This document shows positions 1 through 12,697 of a DNA stretch of 64,000 nucleotides, piece after piece. The stretch is from Octopus vulgaris (taxonomy: Eukaryota): positions 54,436,001 through 54,500,000 of the forward strand of contig OX597822.1 in NCBI GenBank assembly GCA_951406725.2. The letters are read 5' to 3'. Under the pieces are notes generated by a model. That model saw nothing but the letters and a program-made list of their open reading frames with translations. It was not told the origin of the DNA and did no database searches. The position numbers were made by a program, and so were the translations under genes. Within the stretch, counting starts at the first letter, position 1. The number at the start of each line of letters is the position of its first letter.

Positions 1-99
1 TATCTGGGGCCATTCCTGCCCATTACAAAGAAACGTAGACATTGGCAGTATTTGAACAGCAAGGCGTTGTAGTTATCATGACCGAGTGTCTGCTAGGCA

Positions 100-350
100 T
101 ACAGAAGAAGGAAGAGTATATCAAAAAGACATTTTTGAACATTAGGTACAAAACGATGCTTGGTTTAATACGTTTGAAAGTAGAACTTAATGAAAATAAG
201 ACTGAAACGGCATATAAAGTTTCATAGCTACACATAGTTACGTAAAATAAACAAAAAACAAAAAAACTGGAAGTTGATATATCGTGATGCAAAAAAATTT
301 AGACTTATTGCAAAAAATTGATCGCCGAACATTGAAGCTTCTCGCACGAA
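100..350 (+). mobile_element. Highly decayed R4/Dong-like LINE RT C-terminal remnant
   Basis: Fragments translate as LKVELNENK and LLQKIDRRTLKLL, resembling the LKSELNxKNK and LDRKTRKLL stretches of R4-clade RT; broken by stops. Confidence 0.35.
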
Positions 351-494
351 AAAACTGTTCAAGTACAAAAAAGCCACTTACTATATATGATAATGTTAAT
401 GATGAACTTTTAGATGGATGTAGTCTCACGGTGGAACCATATAATAACGACTTCGTTCAGAAGACTGGAATAATGCATATATGTACCAGAGGAG

Positions 495-531
<37 letters not shown>

Positions 532-1296
532 CAACCGAGTAAAAGTTTGAGAGAGTTTTATTGATATGCTAACATGTGTGTGCGCGCGCGCGCGATATGT
601 ATACAGGATAATTGATAGGCTGTCATGAGAACAAAGTACATGTGTGTATAGATATGGATGTATGCGTGTGCGTTAAGAACATATAAGAATAGAAATGAAG
701 ACGGTGAGAGAGTCTATAATGAGAAGTTAGATGAATGTTCATAGACACAAGAATAAGAAATACTATTTCGTAGTCAATTGTACACGGTCATAGAAATACT
801 GTATCAAAAAGTCGCGGCGATAATGCTGAGCCGGTTGCCGTACATGTTGTGGCTGTAATGCTGCTGCCTGGATCACTTGTACAGGAGTTCTCGTAGGTTG
901 TATATTCGCTGTTAAACCATGGTGAATTCACAAACAGTGCTATGTTGAAACCTGTGCTAGTTGCTGGTTGCTGTGTATGTAGAGAGATGATGTTGACGAC
1001 GTTAAGAAAACGGTGGTGACAAAGACAGAGGTTGAGTCTGGCATTGTCGCTGGAACTGGCTGTATCTTGTGTGGTCAGTGGCTAGACCTTAAAAGGTCTG
1101 GAACTAAAGTTATTCTTTATTTCCCACAAGGGGTAAACACAGAGGGGACAACACAAAACATGTGGGGACAAAAAAAAGGAATGAAAGAAAATGAGATGTA
1201 AATGAAAATTGAAAAGATGAAATGAAGCTTTTCAGCCCCACCTCCGAGCAACTTCATTTATTTTGTTAATACGACCTTAATTCAATCCAACTCCAT

Positions 1297-1341
<45 letters not shown>

Positions 1342-1342
<1 letters not shown>

Positions 1343-2762
1343 TAGCATTATGACCCGTCGTTGCCGGGTCATAGTGCTAGTGCATGTATATATGTGTATA
1401 TATATGTGTACATATTACATGTACATCTATATATATACATCTACAGATAAAATACAAAATACAAAATTATATCTTGATATCGCTAGTGATAACAATACTC
1501 AAAATATATAACAGACTGGAGTTGTAGGCCCGTCTCTTGCAATTTCGATCAATTGTATCTTGTCCTCCCTCTTGTATAGAAGTGTGGCTACAATCCAGCC
1601 TACCTCTACTTCTGGGGGGGGGGGGCATTTTAAAATTTTTATCCGGGACGTCCTACGTCCCAGATATAAAGGTAAAAATCAAATATTTCCACTTTGCAAG
1701 GTTCGAGTCGAGTACTCCCTTGCACGCTCCGTTGACTCGAACCTTGCTTCTATTGTGGCAAATTTACCGCCTCTGGTTAGATATCTTTCATAGTCGCACC
1801 AAGACACTTTTCGATGGTGTTTTCCTCCAGGTGTTCAAATCCTTTTTTTTTTCTCTACATTGTATACTTTATAGACAATAGTCTTTTCTTTAATTTAATT
1901 TTTTATTCCGTTTGATGGTGTTATCCTAGATTCATCGTCTTTGTCGGTGATCAATCCGAAATAGGTTTGTATTTCATCCATTTTAATTCTAGTGAGTTCG
2001 CGCCCGCCGACGGCTGCAGCGAAATTCCTTTTGGGACTTTCTTCTATCGAAGGCATTCTAGCAAAAATGCTTTCGTATAATCGGTGAAAATATTGTCAAT
2101 TTCCCCAAACAGGGACACAATTCAATTTTTAAACAATAACCAAAGCTCCTTCTCCCAAAGGGGGAGGGTTACAGTTTACAATTATTTAACAAATGCAACT
2201 AATTTTATTTTTAATTTATTCCCATTCATGTGAAACCACTTACTCAAGTTCAAGTCATTGATGCAATTTTATACCAATTGCTATTTTTATTTTTGTTATG
2301 TTACGATTATATTATACTTTAGTTTGATTTTAATTATTACTTACTACATATAATTCAATTGTTATTACTATCTCTAATTTTTATTGTTAAAGTGAAAGTA
2401 TCTGACATAAAATAGAGAAATGTTTTTGTTTCACTTTTAACACGTAATATTGAAATAGTGGAGAAGATATGATATTGCTATGGGCTCGCTCTAGGCAAGA
2501 AGTTGAACATTTCTTTTGCCCGTGAAACTACATGGACGCTAAGTAAAGCATGTGTAAAATTTGAATGAAATTGGTTGGGTAGTTCTCAAGTTTTAGGGAA
2601 TCGTAGTGGAGAAGATGTGATATAGGCAAAAAGTTAACATTTTTTGCCGATGACACTCCCCGGACCCTAAGTAAGGCATGTGTAAAATTTGAATGAAATT
2701 GGTTGTGTAGTTCTCAAGTTTTAGGGAAACACACAGACAGACAGACATTCTCAGTTTTATAT
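1342..2762 (-). mobile_element. Non-autonomous Helitron (~1.4 kb)
   Basis: Minus-strand 3' end has a GACCCG/CGGGTC hairpin then CTAG|T; 5' end TATAAAACTGAGAATGTCTGTCTG at a TA tract; same 5' sequence recurs at 54013-54200 (+). Confidence 0.7.
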
Positions 2763-2833
2763 ATATATATATATATATATAATATAATTAGTGAATGGAA
2801 GAAATGGAGTTGAACGAAGATTGTACACCAACA

Positions 2834-2913
2834 TTCTACACATGTTTCAAAGGCCACAATTTTCCAAAATCTGATTAAATAAGGATACCATATTGCAGCT
2901 TTCTCTTCAGGAA
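2834..2913 (-). ncRNA. Type I hammerhead ribozyme motif, core intact
   Basis: UUC-CUGAAGA-GAAAGCUGCAAU...AUUGUGGCCUUU-GAAA-C-AUGU-G-UA-GAA; helix II pairs 11/12 and closes on a G-U pair. Confidence 0.7.
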
Positions 2914-3528
2914 AAACCAGGAATTACGTTGTCAGAACAAAACAAAACAAAGGCGCAGCAAAGCAATTCGAACGAGGACGCTCCTTAAGAGCCCATGGGT
3001 AAAATGTTTATCAATGTACGTTGTATATATATATATAATTAAAAATGAGGGTGTCTGAGAGACACCAACATGCCGAAATAGCAGTCGAAATTCTGACTAT
3101 AAAAACCACGTTAAGTGTTCACATCGTACCATGAGATAAGACAGAGGGACAAAATATACAAGCAAAAGTTATTGAATAATTCAAGATCCAGGATTTCTGG
3201 TTTTGCTTTAAATAAGCTTTACCGTCATCAATTGAATATATCAAGGGTACATAAATACAGATATATATATGCAGAACCAACTATATACTTACATATACGA
3301 ACGTCCATATATACCTACATATGTACGTATGCACACGGCCAGTTAAATTGCCCGCCAAAACACCCCATAAGCACGATATGGTTAAAATAAACACCGCAGT
3401 GAATATAATAACGAATTATATAAATTTATATATGAGGATAATATCGATATTTAAGTATCAATATTATCAAGTGGCCAGCATGGAAAAAATACCGTACAAA
3501 GGTAATAATTTTTAAACAATTAAAAATG

Positions 3529-4090
<562 letters not shown>

Positions 4091-4113
4091 CTAATTTAAT
4101 CATTAATAACACA

Positions 4114-4256
4114 GAAACGATGCATCGTCTAAAAGATGAATTAGGGTAAATGTTTTTAAATTTTCACCTAATTTCTGAATTACTACTACTTGGCGGTGTG
4201 AGTTATGGCTGCTCTTTCTGGTGGACGAATGGCCTGTTAAGGTCACTCCTAAATTG

Positions 4257-4260
<4 letters not shown>
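4114..4260 (+). mobile_element. Penelope-like tail beginning at an HHR 3' half
   Basis: Starts GAAACGATGCATCGTC (palindromic helix III plus GUC); homologous to 34040-34190; ends at a TA tract. Confidence 0.55.
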
Positions 4261-4298
<38 letters not shown>

Positions 4299-4433
4299 GT
4301 ACGTGTGTGTATATGTTTGTGTGTCTGTGTTTTTCCCCAACATCGCTGGACAACCGATGCTGGTGTGTTTACGTCCCCGTAACTTAGCGGTTCGGCAAAA
4401 GAGACCGATACACACACACACATATATATATAT

Positions 4434-4498
<65 letters not shown>

Positions 4499-4499
<1 letters not shown>

Positions 4500-5800
4500 T
4501 AGCAGCTAAGTCCGGTTTCACCCGGTCGGTTTGAATGATTTGGTGAACGGGATTTGAGTAAAAACAGGGATGACGGTCTTACGACAATTGGCAAAAGGAT
4601 CTCAACAGTCAACCAACTTCCAACAACCTCATTGACTACTAAGTCTTGAAAATGTTCTGGAAATTTGACTGGTCGTCTGGCTTCTCTCAAATGAGATGAT
4701 CGTCTTATATAAGTTCAGTGTTGTTTTATCATATACCACATTACTTCACCATCCAACTTGTTTTGTTCGACATGAAGATCTTCAATGCAACCGGGTATCT
4801 GTGCGAATGAAAAAGTTTATAACCTTGTTAACTTGTACAAAGATGATGATAAACGTTTGCAGACAAACCTGATAGAAGCAACTTGCTCTTAGTTTGTCTC
4901 TTCGTTGATTATGTGCTTTGGAATGCGACTATCTAAAATTTATGGAAGTGCAAATGCACAACGTAACACAACGCATGCTGTCAGATCCAATGTGTATTGG
5001 ACAAGCTTCGCAGTTCCACTGGCTAGCTATCCTTTTCTTCTCGTAACTGAACAATGGACCGAGCCATAAACAACTAAAGTTGCAGCAGTATGGTGAAAAA
5101 TTCTCTCGCAGCATTCACACGCTTTTACTTAATCAACCACTATTGGGTTAAGTCAGAAGTTTTAATGGGGGGTCCTAGACTGCAAATGTGACATCTTTAC
5201 TACATCGTTAGGAACTATCATGCATTGGCGACACATAACTGGATGAATTAACAAAAAAAAAAAAAAATACAGCACTGACAAAATGAAAAGCAGAAGCAAT
5301 TCTGTGCCAAGTTCAGAAATTCTCAATATCCAATAAATTCTAAGGCGGCGAGTTGGCAGAATCGTTAGCACGCCGGGCGAAATGCTTAGCGGTATTTCGT
5401 CTGTTTTTACGTTCTGAGTTCAAATTCAGCCGAGGTCGACTTTGCCTTTTCTTCTCGTAACTGAACAATGGACCGAGCCATAAACTAAAGTTACTAGTAT
5501 GCGTACTGGCTCGCAGCATTCACACTGATCTAATCCCACAAAAAGTTTCGGGGGGTCCTAGACTGCAAATGTGACATCTTTACTACATCGTTAGGAACTA
5601 TCATGAATTCTTCACAGATAACAATGTTAAAAAAGGTAGCGCAAGAACAAGTGACAGCCGTTTAATTTTCAAAATGATCGTCCTTTTATCCACAATTATT
5701 TCAAAAGATGTCTAAAACTTAGACATTCTTTGAACCATTCCTTATTTGGTGCCACGTCGTCCCGAACATTATGAAGTAAATATTTACATTTCAGTTCCTC
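4499..5800 (-). mobile_element. Helitron-like element; 3' end clear, 5' extent uncertain
   Basis: CCGG-GTGAAA-CCGG hairpin plus CTAG|T; terminus shared with 6724; internal duplication and SINE insertion. Confidence 0.5.
5343..5450 (+). mobile_element. SINE family B head (truncated)
   Basis: GGCGGCGAGTTGGCAGAATCGTTAGC...GAGTTCAAATTC...GTCGACTTTGCCTTT. Confidence 0.8.
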
Positions 5801-6145
5801 TATTATCCATTTTATTAATATAGGGTCGATTGTCGATTAAGCAAGGGTTTCAAGAGCTGGATTGGGGTGGGAGCCCTGATGGAGTGTATACCTAAAGCAC
5901 GAAGACGCAGTGTGTGACGCAGAATGGTAGTTTTGCCTGGGGCCTTCAACTATCATTATGAAGTAAATATTTACATTTCAGAGTTCCTCTATTATCCGTT
6001 TTATGAATATAGGGTCAATTGTCGATTAAGCAAGGGTTTCAAGAGCTGGATTGGGGTGGGGGCCCTGATGGAGTGTATACCTAAAGCACGAAGACGCAGT
6101 GTGTGACGCAGAATGGTAGTTTTGCCTGGGGCCTTCAACTATCAT
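5768..6145. repeat. Tandem duplication, two units of ~187-190 bp
   Basis: CATTATGAAGTAAATATT...GGGCCTTCAACTAT occurs twice head-to-tail with few differences. Confidence 0.9.
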
Positions 6146-6392
6146 CTACGGAACGGGGGATATGTATCCATTTAACGATAAGAAATTTCTTTGATAGAAC
6201 CTGAAAGCCCGTCGGATGGTATTTCATCTTGATATATGGTGAAGTTAATCCATTGCCATGTTTAATAACTTTACTGTGATTGGGTGTCTTTAGAGTCCGG
6301 AACAGGTCTGAAAATAAGTTCTTCCTACCGTGCTATCTGAAAAACAAAAGGAAAAATTTCCCAAAAGTATATAAGAAAACAAAACAAAACAA

Positions 6393-6453
<61 letters not shown>

Positions 6454-6499
6454 GATGCATATATATATATATACTCTTTCGCCCCAACTTTCTCTCACT

Positions 6500-6627
6500 C
6501 TTTCTTCCTGTTTCTTGAGTAACGCTGCAATGGACTGGCGTCCCATCCAGCTGGGGGGAACACATACGCCACAGAAACCGGGAAACCGGACCCATGAGCC
6601 TGGCTAGGCTTGAAAAAGGGCGCATTA
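6500..6627 (+). mobile_element. SINE 3' part with Meta-domain-like core
   Basis: CTGCAATGGACTGGCGTCCCATCCAG...CAGAAACCGG resembles the MetaSINE conserved domain. Confidence 0.45.
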
Positions 6628-6688
6628 AAAATATATATATATATATATGCATACATATATACACACACAGATACTCACATATATATAC

Positions 6689-6723
<35 letters not shown>

Positions 6724-6724
<1 letters not shown>

Positions 6725-7518
6725 TAGCAGCTAAGTTCGGTTTCACCCGGTCGGTTTGGATGATATGGCTGTAAAACTTGCTCTGTGTAAGCATTCGACT
6801 TGTTTGGGCATGCTTACGTCAAAAAACAATTTTAGAATGACTTTTTTTCTGTCAAAACGCTAAAATTAACTGACCAACAAAAAAGAAAAAAACAACCAAG
6901 ATTCAACCAAATGAAACCCAAATACTAAGCGAACAAAGATGAACCATCCCACTTCCATTGCGCGGGCATACGCACACGCACACAAACACACATATTCACA
7001 TACCACCCCTTTTACATACCCACACATATATTCACACAAAGTTGAAACGCTGTTTGATTTATTTTTTCAGCGTACAATTTTCATCATTCCACTACCAAGC
7101 ATGACATCACCCCTTCCTTTCTTATTCATAAACACAAGAGTATTATTATAGTAGATTATCTCGGTAACCATGGGAGCTAAAAAGAAAATATGACCTCACC
7201 CCTTCCTTCCTTATTCTTATTCATAAACACAAGAGTATTATTATAGTAAATTATCTCGGTAACCATGGGAGCTAAAAAGAAAATATTACGCCACCCCTTC
7301 CATCCTTATTCATCTATCACCCCTTCCTTTCTCATTCATAAACACAGGAGTATTATTATAGTAGATTCTTTCAGTAACCATAGGAGCTATGAAAAACGTA
7401 CAAAGCCCAGCATCACCACCGGATCATTCTGTGTAATTTTTCGCGCAATTCCACCCAGCCGTTTGACCGTGAATCTCAAGACAAGAAAGAATCACCCATG
7501 TCAAATTTATATGTATAG
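6724..7518 (-). mobile_element. Non-autonomous Helitron with internal subrepeats
   Basis: Same terminal hairpin as 4499; three related subrepeats at ~7105-7395; minus-strand 5' end TCTATAC. Confidence 0.6.
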
Positions 7519-7616
7519 ATATAAATATAGGGATGGTATTATTAAAATACCGTCACGAGTGGCAAGCGAATTGTCAGGAGTACAAATTAACAAAATATAT
7601 ACACACAATATTAGAT

Positions 7617-7850
7617 ATATTTCTTTACTACCCACAAGGGGCTAAACACAGAGGGGACAAACAAGGACAGACAAAAGGATTAAGTCGATTACATCGACCC
7701 AAGTACGTAACTGGTACTTAATTTATCGACCCCGAAAGGATGAAAGGCAAAGTCGACCCCGGCGGGATTTGAACTCAGAACGTAACGGCAGACGAAATAC
7801 GGCTAGGCATTTCGCCCGACTTGCTTACCTTTCTGCCAGCTCGCCGCCTT
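7617..7850 (-). mobile_element. SINE family B (Nin-domain-like core), full length
   Basis: Reverse complement of 34357-34577; core GTCGACTTTGCCTTTCATCCTTTCGGGGTCGATAAATTAAGTACCAG. Confidence 0.85.
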
Positions 7851-8022
7851 CAATACACTATTAGATATGTGCATATATACAGTAGGGCACTACATGAGCA
7901 TCTACATCGCTAAAAATAGACGTCAAAAATACTTCTATGCCACCGAATAGTCACAAATCTATTACAGACTTGATAAAAAATTCCAGTGAACAATAATAAC
8001 ATCAATAGTAATGCTGGTCAAC

Positions 8023-8077
8023 TTGGTACCGGTTTCGAAATTAGCGTCAAATAGGCGCCTAATTTCTCATCAGCCAA
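8023..8077 (-). ncRNA. Minimal type I hammerhead ribozyme, intact
   Basis: UUGG-CUGAUGA-GAAAUUAG-loop-CUAAUUUC-GAAA-CCGG-UA-CCAA; helix I 4 bp, helix II 8 bp, palindromic ACCGGU helix III. Confidence 0.85.
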
Positions 8078-8411
8078 AAGTCTGCCAGCATTTACAACTA
8101 AAATTACCCTCCCCTCATGCCTTGAAAAGTTTGCTTGGAGTGATCAAGCACTAAGGAACACAAACGAAAGCGTGAAAAATTTAAATACCGCCACACTATA
8201 AAAGGTCAAGTTATTTCTGATGTAAGGGAGATAATTAGTATAAACTCTATAGATTTCGAATCTTAGCGCAACAATGATTTTCTGTTTATTATTTGTGTGT
8301 GAGTCCTGATTGATTAGAATCATGCAGGTTTTCCAGAGGTGACCATCCACTCATTTTCTTAAGATATAGAATGTGTCAGTGTACATTATCTAATGTGTCC
8401 TTTCTAAACAT

Positions 8412-8850
8412 TGGCGCAGGCACAGTTGTGAGGCTAAGAAGCTTGCTTTGCAATCACGCAGTTATGGGTTCACACTCATTGTACACAATCTTGGGTGTCT
8501 TCTGCTATTGCCCCAGGACGACCAATACCTTGCGATTGAAATTTGGTTGATAGAAACTGTGCGGAAGCCTGTCGTATATGTCTTTATCCTTCACTTGCTT
8601 CAGTCATTAGACTGCGGCCATGCTGGGGTACCGCCTCGAAGAAATTTAGTCGAACAAATCAACCTCAGTATTTATTTTTTAAAATCTAGTACTTATTCTA
8701 TCGGTCTCTTTTGTCGAACTGCTAAGTTACGGGGACGTAAACACACCAGCGCCGGTTGTCGAGCGGTGGAGACACACACACGTATGACGGGTTTCTTCGG
8801 TTCTGTCTACCAAAGCCATTGACAAAGCTTTAGTCGGCCCGGAGTGTTTC
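8412..8850. mobile_element. Two decayed family A SINE pieces in opposite orientation
   Basis: Head and body on + (8412-8580), then tail and body on - (8590-8850). Confidence 0.6.
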
Positions 8851-9712
8851 GTGGTGGGACTATATATATATACATTAGCGGTGTGCAGTCGAGACATGCT
8901 AGTCAGGTACTGCATGAACGTTGATTTTTAAATTGCTCAAAGTCAATTTAAGAATGTAATGCATTTATAACCACATTGGAAAGTTGTCCAAATTATTGGA
9001 AACTGAGCTAAAATAATTACTTTGTTTCAAAGGAAACCTGTCCAGATTGATACTTCGCTGAGTTTCCATTTTACTTTCACCAGGCATGCTTAAACGCATT
9101 TGGAATCTTTTGTCCCTCACCTTTCGCCTGTAAGATTCTTTTTTATCTCGATAAAATAATTACGGAAGGCATGCTTTCAGAAAAAACCCATGTTTTGGTT
9201 TCTCCTCCATTTCTACCATTTCTTTTTTGTTAGCAATTCTTTGTAATTGATGTCGCTAACGAGATAGGCTAAATGATTGAATGGGTTTGACTCTTTGACC
9301 CGTAATAATTTCGACCAAAACATATCAAGAATCCCATAATTCTCACTTAGTCAGCTCAAATGTTGTCGTGACTTTGGAACATCTATTTCGCTCTGTCGTA
9401 AGTTTTGAAATTATTATCATTAACCACCCTCTTTGTATTGATAAAAAAAAAAATCTGAAATCAGAAATGTAATATAGCTAATTAATCTTTCCTTGATTTA
9501 CTAAAATTATCTTTCCGTTCTGTTGAAACTGATTTACAATTCAAGATCGCAGTAAAATGAGGTATACTGTAACAAAGTGAAATTAAAGTGTTTTTTTCTT
9601 TCTACAAAATGAAACTTAAGAGTTACAAAAAATATGAGAGCAGGAATAACAGCCAAATATCAAACAAACTCTTTTTTGCAACTGCAAGTGATTTTTCTAC
9701 AAAATGAATACT

Positions 9713-10093
9713 CTCTTTTACTCTCTTTTACTTGTTTCAGTCATTTGACTGCGGCCATGCTGGAGCACCGCCTTTAGTCTTATTCTTTGTAAGCCCAGTA
9801 CTTATTCTATCGGTCTCTTTTGCCGAACCGCTAAGTGACGGGGACGTAAGCACACCAGCATCGGTTGTCAAGCAATGCTAGGGGGACAAACACACACAAA
9901 CACATACATACACATATATACATATATACGACGGGCTTCTTTCAGTTTCCGTCTACCAAATCCACTCACAAGGCATTGGTCGGCCCGGGGCTATAGCAGA
10001 AGACACTTGCCCAAGATGCCACGCAGTGGGACTGAACCCGGAACCATGTGGTAGGTTAGCAAGCTGCTTACCACACAGCCACTCCTGCGCCTA
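9713..10093 (-). mobile_element. SINE family A, full length
   Basis: Reverse complement of 22311-22680 including head AGGCGCAGGAGTGGCTGTGTGGTAAG. Confidence 0.9.
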
Positions 10094-10718
10094 TTGAAAT
10101 TACTTTGAAAGTTGAAATTACTTTGAAATTACTTTGAAATCTTGAAAGTTTAAAAAATTATGCGTGCAGAAATCTCCAACAAACTCTTTTTTACAACTTT
10201 CTCACAGTAAACCTCATTTTACTGCGGGAAATTTCTCTGAAAGAAATCATTACAGAAAGATTACGTATTTCTTTCATTATTTTACTGCAGTTTTTTTTTT
10301 TTCGTCCAACAAATTCCTGTGACATGTAGGTATTATTTTTAGTATGTGTATAGCCTGCTTGAAGGCCGTAGAATTGGGAGGGGAGGGGTGGGGTAATCTT
10401 TTGGGAAAAATTGAAATTTTACAAACAATTTTTTTTCAAAATCATAATTTCCGTATTTTTCTACGTATTTCCCACTAAAAAAAAAAAAAATTTCTGGAAA
10501 AAGCGAAAAATTAAGAAATGGGGGTGGGGATTGAAATTCTGAAGTTGCGATTTTCTTCATTTTCTTTTTCAGAACCGAAATCTCCGAAAACATGGGTTTC
10601 GGTTTTAAAAAAAAAAAATTAAGGATAAGGGAGGGGTTGGGTTACGTCTCCGCCATACGCACCAAGTATTTATTGCATGATCAGCCTCAGAAGTCACCGC
10701 ACGCCATTGATATATATA

Positions 10719-11418
10719 TACGTGAATTATTTTTGAGTAGGGAGATTCTTCTTAAAGTAGTAGAAATGGCTAAAGAAACTTTTTGGCTGCTATTTCTAAA
10801 AATGTCAGTATGTGGCAAAGTAAATTATTTTATTGAGCCCTTAATTATATAACGTAATATTTTGAATACGCCTTGAATGGTCCTTTTACATACTGAACAC
10901 TACTTGGTGAAATTAATTAATAACTAATTGATTTTACCCTTAATTATTGATAATACAATTCCTTTCTCCCTGTTCCTCTTTTACTGCGGTTCTCACCGTT
11001 ATAACCATGTTTACTCGACAACTCACGTGGATGGAAGGGGGAAATACATAAATTCTTTACTTGTACTGTTTGAATTCGCTAGCACTACCAGTTTGGAGAT
11101 GTTCGTCTGAGGTGATTCATGTCGGATGGGTATGTTCATTATTTTTAGTGCTTTCAAATCCAAATTAAGAAATGTTGAGCTGACGAAAGAAATGTCGAGT
11201 TTTAATTCGGCTAATCTAGAAAAGTGAGCGTTCTCAAATAATCTTTGTACATGTGATATTTTAGTTGTTTTCCCTCCAGATCTACGTAAATTATTTTTGA
11301 GTAAGCACTATCAGGGAGATTCTTCTTAAAGTAGTAGAAATGGCTAAAGAACTTTTTGGCTGCTATCTCTAAAAATTTCAGTTTGTGGCAAAGTAAATTA
11401 TTTTACTGGGCCCTTAAT

Positions 11419-11425
<7 letters not shown>
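10719..11425 (+). mobile_element. Non-coding HHR element with pLTR-like direct repeats
   Basis: ~135-bp direct repeats at 10719-10852 and 11283-11425; HHR at 11175-11237; TA tracts on both flanks. Confidence 0.65.
11175..11237 (+). ncRNA. Type I hammerhead motif, slightly decayed
   Basis: UUGAG-CUGACGA-...-GAAA-AGUGAGCG-UU-CUCAA; perfect 5-bp helix I; mismatches at the base of helices II and III. Confidence 0.6.
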
Positions 11426-11491
<66 letters not shown>

Positions 11492-11704
11492 ATAGTTTGA
11501 GAAGCGGTAACTCGACAAATCTGCAAATGATAATATTTTAAAAGCTTACAAACGATTACCATATATTGACTAAAAGAAAATAGTCTAATATTGGCGGATA
11601 ATAAGCCCTCGACAGAAAAAGGTGGGTTTTCCGCTTATAAAATATCATTATTATTTATAGAATATATATTAGTCTTTTGTTTTTATATTAAGTTATAATG
11701 ATTT

Positions 11705-11912
11705 CAAAATTTGGCACAGGGCCAGAATTTTTGAGGGGAGGGAGAAGTCAGTTACATCGACCCCTGTGCTTCACTAGTACTGTTTTATCGACCCCGAAAG
11801 GATGAAAGTTAAAGTCGACCTCAGTGTTATTTGAACTCATAACTTAAAGAAAGAAGAAATGCCGCTAAGCATTTTGCGCAGCGTGCTAACGATTCCACCA
11901 GCTTGCCGCCGC
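11705..11912 (-). mobile_element. SINE family B, decayed
   Basis: TTTATCGACCCCGAAAGGATGAAAG core plus reverse-complement head. Confidence 0.75.
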
Positions 11913-11990
11913 CTTATTTTAAGTTATAATAAAAACAATTTTACTAGAAGCTTAAAGATTATTCAATTCTTTTTGTAGACTACATATTTA

Positions 11991-12122
11991 TTATTCTTTA
12001 ACAAGAATACTATTGATAGTGACTTCGAAGTTTCGGCTTGCTGAACCACTGTCGGACAGTGATGATGGGGTTAGTAGGTCGAAACTTTGAAGTCATTCAA
12101 TATTATCCGTATTAAAGAATAA
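11991..12122. repeat. Imperfect fold-back hairpin
   Basis: TTATTCTTTAA...GACTTCGAAGTTTCGGC pairs with GTCGAAACTTTGAAGTC...TTAAAGAATAA. Confidence 0.75.
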
Positions 12123-12697
12123 CTTACATACATACAAGCATACATACTTTTAATGGCTTCTGTCGTAGGACTGCGGCCATGCTGTAGCACCGCCTTAATT
12201 CATTTTCTTTCAGTTTTGTCGTCGCCTTATGGCTAGAAATTTGATGTACGATTGAGTGTAGCAGATGATCTTCCCCGAGGGTATCATGGTTGACCGGATC
12301 AGCCAATCATTTGTCGTTAGAAGTTTATCCATTGTTTTATTTTATTTGTATGTTTCCGTAGAGGTTCCTCTTATATTTCAGATTTCTGTTGGCAGGCGTT
12401 TAAACAAACTCTAAATATCAGACTGGTAAAATAGAGTGTTTTTGCTTGTGATTTCAAAGGTGGTATATTTGGAGGCAGACAGTATTTACCAGTTCGTGTA
12501 TTACAATTCTCTGCAATACCGAAATTCAGGACATGCACCCCCAAGATTTTTCATGTGTATATAATACGGTTTCGAATCTAAGCATGGAAAAAGGAAGTGT
12601 TAGTTTTTTTTGTTGTTTTTTTTAGAAAACATAAAAACGGAGAAGCACACTCTAAGAACTAGAGCCGTCTATATTTATTACTGGTGAAGGCCTGTTT

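Noticed and set aside
7105-7395. CRISPR-like repeat-spacer array
   Set aside because: Degenerate subrepeats without unique spacers, eukaryotic context, no cas genes
10094-10150. TTGAAATTACT mini tandem repeat
   Set aside because: Ordinary slippage at a SINE junction
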